Source: Gammaproteobacteria bacterium
GTDB lineage: Bacteria > Pseudomonadota > Gammaproteobacteria > Arenicellales > CAJQKF01
NCBI GenBank assembly: GCA_030429665.1
Contig: JAUIEZ010000005.1
Coordinates: forward strand, 8,534 to 72,533
DNA: 64,000 nucleotides
Direction of reading: 5' to 3'
Under the pieces are notes generated by a model. It had not been told where the DNA came from. It searched no databases and saw only the letters and a list, made by a program, of their open reading frames with translations. Shown here piece after piece: positions 1-9,565 of the stretch. Every line of letters starts with the position of its first letter. Positions within the stretch are counted from its first letter, which is position 1. The position numbers and the translations under genes were made by a program.

Positions 1-486
1 GAACGCGGCCGCGAGCGGCAGGAGCAGGAAAGGGTCCGTCGTGGTGCCGGGCCGGATGATTATTAACACCGCCACGAAGGCGACGAGAACGGCCGCCAGG
101 CGGCCGGCGTGCAGACGTTCGCCGAGAAACGGTACCGATAGCACGGCCACGAGCACCGGGGCGAAGAACTGTACCGCGGTGGCATCGGCAAGCGGCACGC
201 GGGTCAGCGCCGTGTACATGCACAGCGTCGCGCCGAACAGGCAGGCGGCGCGGGCGACCTGCAGGCCGAATCGCCGAGCGCGCCAGAACCCATGCATACG
301 GCGCGCGACGAGAAACAGCGTGACCACCAGCGCGTGGAAGAAGTAGCGTGCCCACACGACCTGGATCACGTGCATCTCGCTGGTCAGCGACTTGGATATG
401 GCATCCATGGTCGCGAGCGCCACCCCGGCACCGATCACCAGGGCGACACCCGCCGACAATCGCCGGGTCGCGGCGCCTGCCGTCAC
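1..486 (-). CDS. DMT/EamA-family transporter (5' part; runs off the window start)
   Basis: Not in the ORF track. Manual minus-strand translation from GTG 486: MTAGAATRRLSAGVALVIGAGVALATMDAISKSL...VVWARYFFH...TRVPLADATAVQFFAPVLVAVLSVPFLGERLHAGRLAAVLVAFVAVLIIIRP, a typical EamA signature (PLA-AT-F-P, FLGE, IIRP). Confidence 0.85.
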   Translation of the reverse strand, partial: MTAGAATRRLSAGVALVIGAGVALATMDAISKSLTSEMHVIQVVWARYFFHALVVTLFLVARRMHGFWRARRFGLQVARAACLFGATLCMYTALTRVPLADATAVQFFAPVLVAVLSVPFLGERLHAGRLAAVLVAFVAVLIIIRPGTTTDPFLLLPLAAAF

Positions 487-495
487 CGCGAACGC

Positions 496-1467
496 CTAGG
501 CGAAGCTCCCGGGGTTTGCGCGCATCCACTCGGCGAACTCGTCGATGGCCCGCTCCAGCGTGTAGCGCGGCGTAAAGCCGAAGTCCTCGGTCATGCGTAC
601 ACACTCGAGCGGGCCGCGAAGCACCGTGTAGTCGGTCCATGGCGCCGCGCCGGACCCCACCGAGATGTCGGCGTCGGGCACCGCAGCCCGGATGGCCTCC
701 ACGACGCGATGGGTCGTGTAGTTCTCGCCCGAACCGAGGTGGTACGCGGTGTACGCGAGTTCCTGTGCCTCGTAGGCGGCGAGCGAGCCCAGTGCGCAGT
801 CGGTCACATAGGTGAAGCTGGCGGCGAAGTCTCCACCGCTCTCCTCGCGGACCGCTTCACCCCGCATGACCCGCCGCAGAAACTCGGGTATCGGCCCGCG
901 CGGGCCCTCGAAGCTCTTGGGCACCAACGGCGGACCGAAAACCCAGGAAATACGGATCGACGCCGCCGAGAGCTTGTACATGTTGGCATAGATCTCGGTC
1001 ATGATCTCCGCGGCGCGCTTGGTGCCGCCGTACAGCGTCCTGGGCGTCGGCGGCTCGCTCTCCGGAATCGGCTTCTGCTTGTCCTTCCACTCCTGGAACA
1101 CGGCGCCGGTGGAAATCAGCAGGAAACGTCGCCAGCCCTGCCGACGGGCAGCCTCCAGGAGGTGCACGGTACCGTCGACGTTGCTGCGAAAGGTATTCAT
1201 CGGCTGCGGCAACCCCATCTTGTCGTTGGGTATGGCGGCCGGATGAATACACCCGTCGATGTCGTGTTCGGCGGCCAGCATGGCCACCTCGAACGGATCG
1301 GCGAGATTGCACTTCACCCATGTCACGCCGTCGCCGAGCGCATCGGCGTCGGCTTGGCGAAACGTGTGATGGACCTGTCCGATGACGTCGTGCCCGCGCG
1401 CCAGCGCCTGCTTGACGGTCTCGTAACCAACATGGCCCATGGCACCTGTTACCAGCAGCTTGCCCAC
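496..1467 (-). CDS. NAD(P)-dependent epimerase/dehydratase (extended SDR)
   Basis: N-terminal VTGAMGHVG Rossmann motif, catalytic YGGTK (YxxxK), FTYVTD motif. Confidence 0.88.
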   Translation of the reverse strand: MGKLLVTGAMGHVGYETVKQALARGHDVIGQVHHTFRQADADALGDGVTWVKCNLADPFEVAMLAAEHDIDGCIHPAAIPNDKMGLPQPMNTFRSNVDGTVHLLEAARRQGWRRFLLISTGAVFQEWKDKQKPIPESEPPTPRTLYGGTKRAAEIMTEIYANMYKLSAASIRISWVFGPPLVPKSFEGPRGPIPEFLRRVMRGEAVREESGGDFAASFTYVTDCALGSLAAYEAQELAYTAYHLGSGENYTTHRVVEAIRAAVPDADISVGSGAAPWTDYTVLRGPLECVRMTEDFGFTPRYTLERAIDEFAEWMRANPGSFA

Positions 1468-1841
1468 TATTCATCCTCCGGTGGTGTCGTGATCACGTAG
1501 AACACCAGGTCGCCGATGCCGGTGTTGTAGATGGCATGCTCGACGCCCGGCGGTATGAAGATGGTGTCCTGGGGAGATACCACGAAGCGTTGACCGGACA
1601 GCTCCATGAGCCCTTCGCCGGCCTGGATGTGGTAGATCTGCTCCTGCACCGTGTGACGATGCGGGGCGACGTAGCCCTTGGGCTGGTAGATCGAGATGCG
1701 AAAGTCCACGCGCTTTGTCGCGCAATTTTCGGGGCGTACCAGCATCTTCGACATGGCGTCGAAATGGTTGGGCGGGTTCTCCCACATGACGCTCGCACCC
1801 TTGCGGATGACGGCGCCGTCGACTTCGATATCCGATGACAT
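1467..1841 (-). CDS. Cupin domain protein
   Basis: PHRHTVQEQIYHIQAGEG and FIPPGVEHAIYN cupin metal motifs; RBS GGAGAA upstream; translationally coupled to the next gene. Confidence 0.88.
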   Translation of the reverse strand: MSSDIEVDGAVIRKGASVMWENPPNHFDAMSKMLVRPENCATKRVDFRISIYQPKGYVAPHRHTVQEQIYHIQAGEGLMELSGQRFVVSPQDTIFIPPGVEHAIYNTGIGDLVFYVITTPPEDE

Positions 1842-1855
1842 CTTCGGTTCTCCTG

Positions 1856-2806
1856 TCAGTTGGCGATTGAGCGGTTGCGCAGGTACTCGAGATTGGCGGC
1901 GAGGCCGGCGGCGAGATCGTAGCGCGGCTTGTAACCGAATGCCTCGCGGGCCCGGCTGCAGTCGAGCGCGCCCTTGCGCGGAATATCCACCTTGCCCGCG
2001 TGCTTGTAGACGCCGGGACCGACGGAAATATCGGCGCCGGGGACCAGGCTGCGAACGATGTCGAACATGTCGGCCACGGTCGGGCAGCTGTCGCTGGCAA
2101 CGTGGTAGGCATCGTGCGGATGGTGCTCGAGATCCAGTGCCTTCAGCACGCCGTCGACGAAATCGTCAAGGTAGGTATGGTCTATTTTCGAGTCTCCGCC
2201 GCTCGGCAGGTGCAGCGAGGTGCCGTTGCACGCGGCTTCAAGCACGTCGCGGGGCACGCGCATGCGGGGGAACTCAGGACCGTATACCCAGGAGGTGCGC
2301 AGGTTGATGTTCTCGATGCCGTGGGTCATGGCATAGGTGCGGCCGAGATGTTCGATCGCGACCTTGCTCACCCCGTAGGCGTAGAGTGGATTCTGTGGAT
2401 GGTCCTCGGTAACGCGGTCGGCGGTGAAGTGTCCGTAGGTCTCCTCGGAACTGATGTGCAGGCAGCGCCTGACGCCAAACAGCGCCATGGTCTCCCACAG
2501 GTTGATCGTGCCTTCCATGTTGACACGGAAAACATTGGACGCGCTGCCGAGCGAAGCGATCACGCCCACCATGGCCGCCGCATGGATCACGGCATCCGGC
2601 GACTCGGCCTTGAACACGCGCGCGATGTTCGACATGTCGGTGATATCGCCGGTGTGCACGTGGATGTTCCCGTTCTCCGCGGCCGCGCGAGAGAGAACCG
2701 GAGAGACCGCCAGGTCGAGGGCGATGGCGGTGTCGCCGCGCGCGGCGAGCGCCTTGACGAGGGCGGCGCCGAGAAACCCGGCGCCGCCGGTAACCAGTAC
2801 TTTCAT
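1856..2806 (-). CDS. NAD(P)-dependent epimerase/dehydratase (extended SDR)
   Basis: VTGGAGFLG, HAAA, SSEETYG and YGVSK catalytic motif. Confidence 0.9.
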   Translation of the reverse strand: MKVLVTGGAGFLGAALVKALAARGDTAIALDLAVSPVLSRAAAENGNIHVHTGDITDMSNIARVFKAESPDAVIHAAAMVGVIASLGSASNVFRVNMEGTINLWETMALFGVRRCLHISSEETYGHFTADRVTEDHPQNPLYAYGVSKVAIEHLGRTYAMTHGIENINLRTSWVYGPEFPRMRVPRDVLEAACNGTSLHLPSGGDSKIDHTYLDDFVDGVLKALDLEHHPHDAYHVASDSCPTVADMFDIVRSLVPGADISVGPGVYKHAGKVDIPRKGALDCSRAREAFGYKPRYDLAAGLAANLEYLRNRSIAN

Positions 2807-2842
2807 TGATTATCCTTATCCGGCCTTCGCGCCGGTCTTCAG

Positions 2843-4264
2843 TCAGACGTTGAACAGGACGAGCCGCTCCTCGGTGAGGTCGCGGATCGCGTAGCGGGGC
2901 CCCTCGCGACCGATGCCGCTGTCTCTCACGCCGCCGTAGGCGAGCTGGTCGGTTCGCCAGGTCGAGGTGCCATTGAGGATCACGCCGCCGGTGCGCAGGC
3001 GGCGCGCGAGTTGCATCGAGGTCTGGAGCGAGCGGCTGAGCACGCCGCACTGCAGGCCGTAGGCGCTGGAATTCACCGCGCGGACCGCCTCGTCGAGGTC
3101 GTCGAACACGATGACGTTGGCGACCGGGCCGAACACCTCGTCGCAGGCGATACGGGCGTCCATGGCGACGTCGGCGAGCAGCGTGGGTTCGTAAGCGGCG
3201 CCGTGACGCGCGCCGCCGGTGACCAGTCGCGCACCGGCCTTGACCGCGTCGTTCACCCAGCTTTCCACCCGCCGCGCGGCGGCCTCGTCGACGAGCGTGC
3301 CGATATCGGTGGCGTCGTCGAGGGGATCGCCCAGTCGCATCGACGCCATGTGCGACGCCACGTTCGCGGTGAGCTCCTCGGCGATGGCGCGGTGGCAAAA
3401 GACGTTCTGTACCGAGATGCAGCTCTGCCCCGCGAGCCGGGTGGCGTTGCGGGCCAGCAACGGCGCGGCGGCCTCGACATCGGCATCGGCGCAAACGATC
3501 GTCGGCCCGTTGCCACCCAGTTCCAGGGCCACCTTGCGCAGGCCGGCCGCGGCGCGGATCTCGCGGCCCGCGCGCGACGAGCCGGTGAAGGTAATGGCGC
3601 CGACGCGTTCGTCGCGCACCAGGGCGCGACCGGTGTCCACGCCGCCGTGGACGACGTTGACGAAATGGCGCGGCAGGCCGGCGTCGTAGAGCAGCTCGAC
3701 GAGGCGATGCACCACCAGGGGACACTGCTGGGGCGGCTTGATGACGGTGGCGTTACCCGCGGCGAACGAGGGACCGAGCTTGTGGCAGGCCAGGTTGAAC
3801 GGGGCGTTGAACGGCGTGATGGCGCCGACCACACCGACCGGGTAGCGGGTGATTACCGCCAGCTTGCCATGGCCCATGGCGCTGCCGTCGAGGGGCACGT
3901 GCTGTCCCTCGATGCGGATCGCCTCCTCCGCCGAGAGGTTCAACGTGTCCATGGATCGCTTCACCTCGGCGCGGGCGTCGCCGATTGCCTTTCCGGTCTC
4001 CCGCGCCATGATCTCGCCAATCTCGTCGGCGCGCTCCACCACCAGCGCGGCGGCGCGGCGAAGTATGGCGGCACGCTCGAAGGCGGGCATGGCGGCGACG
4101 TCCGCGGCCGCCCGCGCCGCGGCGTCGACGGCGCGGGCGACGGTTTCGTCATCGGCGGTCGGCGCGCGACAAACCGTTTCGTCACGATAGGGGTCGATGT
4201 CGGCGAACAGTGCGTCGCCTGCGACGGCTTCGCCGCCGATGTAATGGGTCAGTGTCTGTGACAT
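2843..4264 (-). CDS. Aldehyde dehydrogenase (lactaldehyde/GapN-like branch)
   Basis: ITPFNAP, FTGS, LELGGN, catalytic GQSCIS, EVFGPV, YGGVRDSGIGREG. Confidence 0.93.
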   Translation of the reverse strand: MSQTLTHYIGGEAVAGDALFADIDPYRDETVCRAPTADDETVARAVDAAARAAADVAAMPAFERAAILRRAAALVVERADEIGEIMARETGKAIGDARAEVKRSMDTLNLSAEEAIRIEGQHVPLDGSAMGHGKLAVITRYPVGVVGAITPFNAPFNLACHKLGPSFAAGNATVIKPPQQCPLVVHRLVELLYDAGLPRHFVNVVHGGVDTGRALVRDERVGAITFTGSSRAGREIRAAAGLRKVALELGGNGPTIVCADADVEAAAPLLARNATRLAGQSCISVQNVFCHRAIAEELTANVASHMASMRLGDPLDDATDIGTLVDEAAARRVESWVNDAVKAGARLVTGGARHGAAYEPTLLADVAMDARIACDEVFGPVANVIVFDDLDEAVRAVNSSAYGLQCGVLSRSLQTSMQLARRLRTGGVILNGTSTWRTDQLAYGGVRDSGIGREGPRYAIRDLTEERLVLFNV

Positions 4265-4291
4265 GTGTTGAGGTTCCGTAGATCGATTCGT

Positions 4292-6133
4292 TCAACCCTC
4301 AGCGTCGGGCGTCCACGGCGCACCGAACACGGGCTCGGGATGGGCCAGCGGCGGCAATTGCCACGTGCCCACGGAAGGCGGCCTGACGCCCGGATCCACT
4401 TCGAGGTCGATCAGCCAGGGTTTACCGCTGGCCAGCGCCTCGGACAGCGTGTCGCGAAAATCCTCGGAACGCGACACCTTGCGGGCGTCGACGCCGTGAG
4501 CCCGGGCCAGGGCCGCGAAGTCCGGGTTGTAGGGTTCGCGTCCGGGGCCCCGGGTAAAGCTGGTGCCGATCTCGCGGCCGCCGAACTGTCCGTACTGCAG
4601 GTCTCGTATCGCGCCCCAGGCATAGTTGTTCCACACCACCCAGATGGCGGGAATGTCGTATTCCACCGCCGTACACAGTACGTGGGGCGTCATGGTGAAA
4701 CCGCCATCGCCGACGATGGCGACGCACGCGCGGCCGGGCGCGGCGAGTTTCGCGCCGAGCACCCCCGAAACGCCGAAACCCATGGCGGAAAAACCCCACG
4801 TGTTGAGCATGGCGCGTGGCCGGCGCGAGCGCCAGAACTGCATGAACCAGTTGTGGTGCGAACCCGAATCCGGCACCAGGATGCCGTCCTCGGGCAACAC
4901 CTGGGCGACGTCGCGCACGACGCGTTCGGGGCGCATGGGAGCGCTGTCGATCTCGAAGTTCGGCTCGATGAAGGCCTGCCAATCCCGTTTCCAGTCCTCG
5001 ATACGCGCAAGCCAGTCATCGGCACCGGTGTAGGCAAACTTTTCACGGCCGCGCAGTTCGCCGATCAGTTGTCGCAGGAACGTGCGCGCATCGGCCACCA
5101 CGCCGATCTCGGGCACGTAGTTGCGGCCGATTTCACCGGGATCGACATCCACCTGCACGAGGCGGGTGGGCGGCAAGTTCCACGAGTAGCCGGGCGTCCA
5201 CGACGACGCCGAACGGTCGTCGAAGCGCGCGCCGATGGCCAGCAGAACGTCGCAGTGGCGCCCGGCCTGGTTGGCAGGATACGTACCGTTGCGGCCGATG
5301 AACCCGAGCGACAAGGGATCGTTCATGTCCAGCGTGCCCATGCCGTTGGGCGAGGCGACCTGTGGAATGCGCATCATGCGCAGGAACTCTGTCATCTCCG
5401 CGCCGGCGTCGGACAGCGTCACGCCATGGCCGACGAACACCAGCGGCCGGCGCGCCTCGAGCAACAGGTCGGCGATGCGCGCCACGGCCTCCGGGTCCGC
5501 GGCACCGCGCGCTGGCGGCACGGCGCGTGACGGCGCCGTGTCGGGCTCGGCCGTTTCCTGGAACAGGTTGTAGGGCACGTCGAGGTTGACCGGACCCGGT
5601 CGGCCACTGGTCAGCAGCGCGGTGGCCTGGCGCAGAGCCAGCGGCAACATGTCCACCCGCGTGGGCTGGAACGAGCGCTTGACGAACGGCTTGACCACGT
5701 CCGGGAAGCTTGCCTGCCCGTGCAGGTAGGTCTCCTGGAATGGCGCGCGGTTGAACTGCGACGTCGGCACGTTGGCCGTGATGGCCAGGAAAGCCGAGGA
5801 ATCCGCCTGGGCACAGGCCAGTGACATCGGCATGTTGGCCGAGCCGGGCCCGCACGAGGTAAGCGTCGCCACCGGTTGGTGGGACACCCGGAAGTAGGCA
5901 TCGGCCATGTGGCCGGCGGTCTGCTCGTGGCGCGGCGAAATCAACGTGACGCTGTCGCGGCGATCGTACAGCGCGTCGAGCATGCCCACGTTGCCGTGCC
6001 CGCAAATGCCGAAAACGTACGGCATTCCCGAGGCCACGAGATGGTCGGCAATCAGGTCGGCGCCCTTGGCCGCCTGGCCCGGCATGGTCTCGGTTGCCGG
6101 GGTCGTGCCGTCGGTTGCGTTGTCAGCTTTCAT
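4292..6133 (-). CDS. Thiamine-pyrophosphate-dependent enzyme (ALS/IolD-like superfamily)
   Basis: FGICGHGN, RHEQTAGHMADAY, GRPGPVNLDVP and TPP motif GDGGF...WNN. Confidence 0.9.
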   Translation of the reverse strand: MKADNATDGTTPATETMPGQAAKGADLIADHLVASGMPYVFGICGHGNVGMLDALYDRRDSVTLISPRHEQTAGHMADAYFRVSHQPVATLTSCGPGSANMPMSLACAQADSSAFLAITANVPTSQFNRAPFQETYLHGQASFPDVVKPFVKRSFQPTRVDMLPLALRQATALLTSGRPGPVNLDVPYNLFQETAEPDTAPSRAVPPARGAADPEAVARIADLLLEARRPLVFVGHGVTLSDAGAEMTEFLRMMRIPQVASPNGMGTLDMNDPLSLGFIGRNGTYPANQAGRHCDVLLAIGARFDDRSASSWTPGYSWNLPPTRLVQVDVDPGEIGRNYVPEIGVVADARTFLRQLIGELRGREKFAYTGADDWLARIEDWKRDWQAFIEPNFEIDSAPMRPERVVRDVAQVLPEDGILVPDSGSHHNWFMQFWRSRRPRAMLNTWGFSAMGFGVSGVLGAKLAAPGRACVAIVGDGGFTMTPHVLCTAVEYDIPAIWVVWNNYAWGAIRDLQYGQFGGREIGTSFTRGPGREPYNPDFAALARAHGVDARKVSRSEDFRDTLSEALASGKPWLIDLEVDPGVRPPSVGTWQLPPLAHPEPVFGAPWTPDAEG

Positions 6134-6154
6134 CGAGTCGTGAGTCTCCCAGGG

Positions 6155-7675
6155 TCATGTCGCGCCGCCGTTGGCGCGGGCCACGCGCCGCGCCCGCGCG
6201 CGGGCGATCAGCGCCACCGCCAGGGGCGACAGCCAGAACGCGATGGTGATCGCGCCGAGCGTCGCGGCGATGGGTCGTTCGAAGAAGGCCAGCCAGTCGC
6301 CGTCGGCGACGATCATGGCCTGGATGAAGTTCTCTTCCAGCAGCCGTCCCATCACCATGCCGAGAATGGCCGGGGCGACGGGAAAGCCGTTCTCCTGCAT
6401 GAAGAATGCCGCCACGCCCGAAACCAGGATGATGGACACACCCATCATCGAGTTGTTGATGGCGAAGCTGCCGACGATGCAGAAGACAAGGATCAACGGC
6501 ATCAAGGTGCGCGTCGGGATGCGCAGGATTTGCCGCGCCGCCTTGATGGCGACCAGCCCCACCGGGATGAGCAGCAGGTTGGCGACCAGGAACGCGACGA
6601 AGATCGAGTACACCAGCGGGGCATCCTCCAGGAACACCGTGGGCCCCGGCTGCAGTCCCTTGAGGAACAACACGCCGATGACGATGGCCGTGACCGAATC
6701 GCCGGGGATACCGAACACCAGCGACGGAATCCAGGTTGAGCACGTGGCGGCATTGTTGGAAGACGTCGCCGCGACGATGCCCTCCGGATGACCGGTACCG
6801 AACTTCTCGGGCGTCTTCGAGAACCGCTTGCCGATTGCGTATGACACCCACGACGCCATGTCCGAGCCGGCGCCCGGCAGCGCGCCGATGATCACGCCGA
6901 GCACCGAGCCGGTGGCTGCCTTGCCCTTGTAGCGGTACACGGTACCGGCCACGTCGCGAAACCCGGTGCGCTTTTCGGGTACCTCGACCAGGTACGTGGA
7001 GGTCGGCTGCACGAGGTTGCGGATGACCTCGGCAACGGCGAACACGCCGATCATCACCGGGATGAAGTGGATGCCCTCGAGAAGCGGGAAATAGCCGAAG
7101 GTAAAACGGGGCACGCCGGAGATCATGTCGAAGCCCACCGTGGAGAGCATCAGGCCGATGCACACCGACACCAGTCCCTTGACCGGATTGTCGCCACACA
7201 CGAAGCCGGCCGTGGTGAGTCCGATGGCGGCCAGCCAGAAGTACTCGTGGTAGCGAAACTCGAGGGCGAAATCCGCCAGCATCGGCGCCGAAAGAGAAAG
7301 CGCCAGCACCCCGACCAGGCCGCCAATCACCGAGCACACGAGGGATATCGTAAGCGCCCGCTCGCCCTCTCCCTTGCGCGTCATGGCGTAGGCCTCGTCA
7401 GCGTAGGCCGCGGAGGCGGGTGTTCCGGGAATGCGCAGGAGGCCGCCCGGCAGATCGCCGGCGAAGATCGCGATGGCCACCGCCGTGGCGATGGAGGCCA
7501 GCGCCGCCACCGGTGACATGAAGAACGTCACCGGTACCAGCAGCGCCACGGCAACCGTGGCGGAAACGCCGGGCATGGCGCCGGTGAACAAACCGAACAG
7601 GCAGGAGAAAAAGATCGCCGTCAACACGTCGACGGTGAACACCAGCTCCAGCGCTGCTTGCAGGTTCTCGATCAT
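6155..7675 (-). CDS. tctA: Tripartite tricarboxylate transporter large permease TctA
   Basis: GAMPG, IPGTPASA, GALPGAG, GIPGDSVTA, GLQPGP TctA motifs; hydrophobic. Confidence 0.93.
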   Translation of the reverse strand: MIENLQAALELVFTVDVLTAIFFSCLFGLFTGAMPGVSATVAVALLVPVTFFMSPVAALASIATAVAIAIFAGDLPGGLLRIPGTPASAAYADEAYAMTRKGEGERALTISLVCSVIGGLVGVLALSLSAPMLADFALEFRYHEYFWLAAIGLTTAGFVCGDNPVKGLVSVCIGLMLSTVGFDMISGVPRFTFGYFPLLEGIHFIPVMIGVFAVAEVIRNLVQPTSTYLVEVPEKRTGFRDVAGTVYRYKGKAATGSVLGVIIGALPGAGSDMASWVSYAIGKRFSKTPEKFGTGHPEGIVAATSSNNAATCSTWIPSLVFGIPGDSVTAIVIGVLFLKGLQPGPTVFLEDAPLVYSIFVAFLVANLLLIPVGLVAIKAARQILRIPTRTLMPLILVFCIVGSFAINNSMMGVSIILVSGVAAFFMQENGFPVAPAILGMVMGRLLEENFIQAMIVADGDWLAFFERPIAATLGAITIAFWLSPLAVALIARARARRVARANGGAT

Positions 7676-7684
7676 CCGGGGCGC

Positions 7685-8161
7685 CTACAGTACGCCGCCG
7701 AGCCAGCCGGCGGGCAGCGGCACGCGCAGAGCATTGACGAAGACGTAGTACAGGAGCAGCGGGAACGACAATGCGAGAATCGCCGACGACAGCAGGTGCG
7801 TGCGGCCGCGTGCGGCGAGCAGAAGCACGAAGATGATGATGCCCGACACCGGCACGAAACCGATGGCGTCCGCCGCCAGTATATAGAACAGCATTCCGGC
7901 CACGATCAGGGCGAACATGATCCAGCTGCCCGGGCGGCGCGCCCAGGCGTCGATCTGAATCCAGCCGGCGGCTTTCACCGTCATCAGTCCTTTCACAGTG
8001 AGCCAGGCGCCGGCACCGAACATGACCGCCAACACGGCGCGCGGAAACACCGCCGCGCCGTACTGGACGCCGGGGACCGCGGGAAAGGTGAACGTGTTGG
8101 CGAAAAGCACCGCCGACAAGAGCATGATCAGCACGCCGCTGACGGCATCGTTGACACGCAT
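7685..8161 (-). CDS. tctB: Tripartite tricarboxylate transporter small permease TctB
   Basis: ATG at 8161 (MRVNDAVSG); about 4 TM segments, GAAVFP, C-terminal LRVPLPAG; lies between tctC and tctA. Confidence 0.85.
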   Translation of the reverse strand: MRVNDAVSGVLIMLLSAVLFANTFTFPAVPGVQYGAAVFPRAVLAVMFGAGAWLTVKGLMTVKAAGWIQIDAWARRPGSWIMFALIVAGMLFYILAADAIGFVPVSGIIIFVLLLAARGRTHLLSSAILALSFPLLLYYVFVNALRVPLPAGWLGGVL

Positions 8162-8196
8162 CGAACTTCCTCGCGCTCCCCGAATGACCGATCCGC

Positions 8197-9198
8197 CTAG
8201 TTCACCATTCCGGCGGCCTTCATCACCACGCAGATGTTCTCGTCCTCGCCCTGGTGGAAGGCGCGCGCTTCCTCGGGACCCTTCCAGTTCTTGGAGAAGC
8301 CGCGCTCCTGCATGAAAGCGGTAAACGATTCGCTGTCGAAGGCTGCCTTGACTGCTGCCACCAGGTTGTCGCGCATCTCGTCGGACAGTCCGGCGGGCGC
8401 GCCGATCATGCGCCATGTGCTCACCTGCCAGTCAGTGCCGGTGGCTTCCTCGAGTGTCGGCACCTCCGGCAACTGGGAAAAGCGCGACTCGCCCATGGTG
8501 GCCAGGGCCTTCAGCTTGCCGGCCTGGATCAGCTGCAGTCCGCTCGACAGCGGCGGCGTGACAACGTCGACGGCGCCCGCCGCGGCGTCCTTCAACGACG
8601 GCGCCTCGCCCTGGGACGGCACCCACGGAACCTTGTTCGGATCGACGCCTTCCTTGTAGAGCCAGCCCGCGAAGGCCAGGTGCCAGATACCGCCCGCGCC
8701 GGTGCCCGAGGCCTTGAAGGTGTTCGCCGGCTCGGCCTTGATGGCGTCGAGCAATTCCGATGCACTGTTGAACGGCGATTCGGCGTTGACGATCAGCCCG
8801 GCCGGCGCCGAGTTCAGCAGGGCGATCTGGGTAAACTTCTCGTAGGTGAGATCGGTGACGCCCTTGCACACCAGCTGCGAAAGATCGACGTTTATGGTGC
8901 CGATGGTGTACCCGTCCGGCGCCGCGGCGGCCAAGGCCGCGTGACCGATGACGCCGGAGCCTCCGGTTCGGTTCACCACGTTGACGGGTTGTCCGAGGTT
9001 CGCTTCCATGCTGGCGGCCAGCGCCCGCGCCACTTGGTCGGTACCGCCTCCCGCCCCCCACGGAACGATCAGGGTAATCGGCCGCTCGGGCCACGCGGCA
9101 TGGGCGTTGGCGCTGCCGAGCATCAGCGCGCCGGCCATGAATACGCTGCCGGCGACAGCCAATACGCCACGTCGATTGAACCGGTTCAAGGGTTTCAT
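8197..9198 (-). CDS. tctC: Tripartite tricarboxylate transporter substrate-binding protein TctC/Bug
   Basis: Signal peptide, WPERPITLIVPWGAGGGTD, VVNRTGGSG, PDGYT, PEVPTLEE. Confidence 0.94.
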   Translation of the reverse strand: MKPLNRFNRRGVLAVAGSVFMAGALMLGSANAHAAWPERPITLIVPWGAGGGTDQVARALAASMEANLGQPVNVVNRTGGSGVIGHAALAAAAPDGYTIGTINVDLSQLVCKGVTDLTYEKFTQIALLNSAPAGLIVNAESPFNSASELLDAIKAEPANTFKASGTGAGGIWHLAFAGWLYKEGVDPNKVPWVPSQGEAPSLKDAAAGAVDVVTPPLSSGLQLIQAGKLKALATMGESRFSQLPEVPTLEEATGTDWQVSTWRMIGAPAGLSDEMRDNLVAAVKAAFDSESFTAFMQERGFSKNWKGPEEARAFHQGEDENICVVMKAAGMVN

Positions 9199-9282
9199 GT
9201 TGTCCTCCTGGTAATACTGTCGTCTGATTGCCGGGCCGACTGGGCCGGCGCCTGTACCACTTCGCCAGGACGAGACCTGAAT

Positions 9283-9512
9283 TGCGATAATGTGGATACG
9301 ATTTTTATATTATGGTCGAAATCGGATCTTGTCTAGCCAGATTTTCATATTATCAAACTAGTTTTCAATCCGTTCTATTCCCGTCCATCGAGGTCACACC
9401 GGAATCCAATCACGAATTATTTCATATCGATCCGCTTGTTCCCATCTACGAAGGCTGAATCTTTCGGTTGCAGTCAGTGACTCGTGTTGGTTATTATTTC
9501 GACAATATGAAA
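9283..9512. promoter_or_regulatory. Divergent promoter region with repeated IclR-type operator candidates
   Basis: AT-rich. TTTCATATTATCAAA (9343-9357) and TTCGACAATATGAAA (9498-9512; reverse complement TTTCATATTGTCGAA) match at 13/15; weaker copies near 9283-9320. Confidence 0.55.
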
Positions 9513-9565
9513 ACTAACAATACCGTGACGAACTACCTTCGGCAAGCACCAGGCGGGCGACGATC

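Noticed and set aside
4292-6133. Calling the TPP enzyme glyoxylate carboligase (gcl) to finish purine catabolism
   Set aside because: It has GICGHGN rather than the Gcl-type GVPGAA motif, and no hyi or glxR is adjacent.
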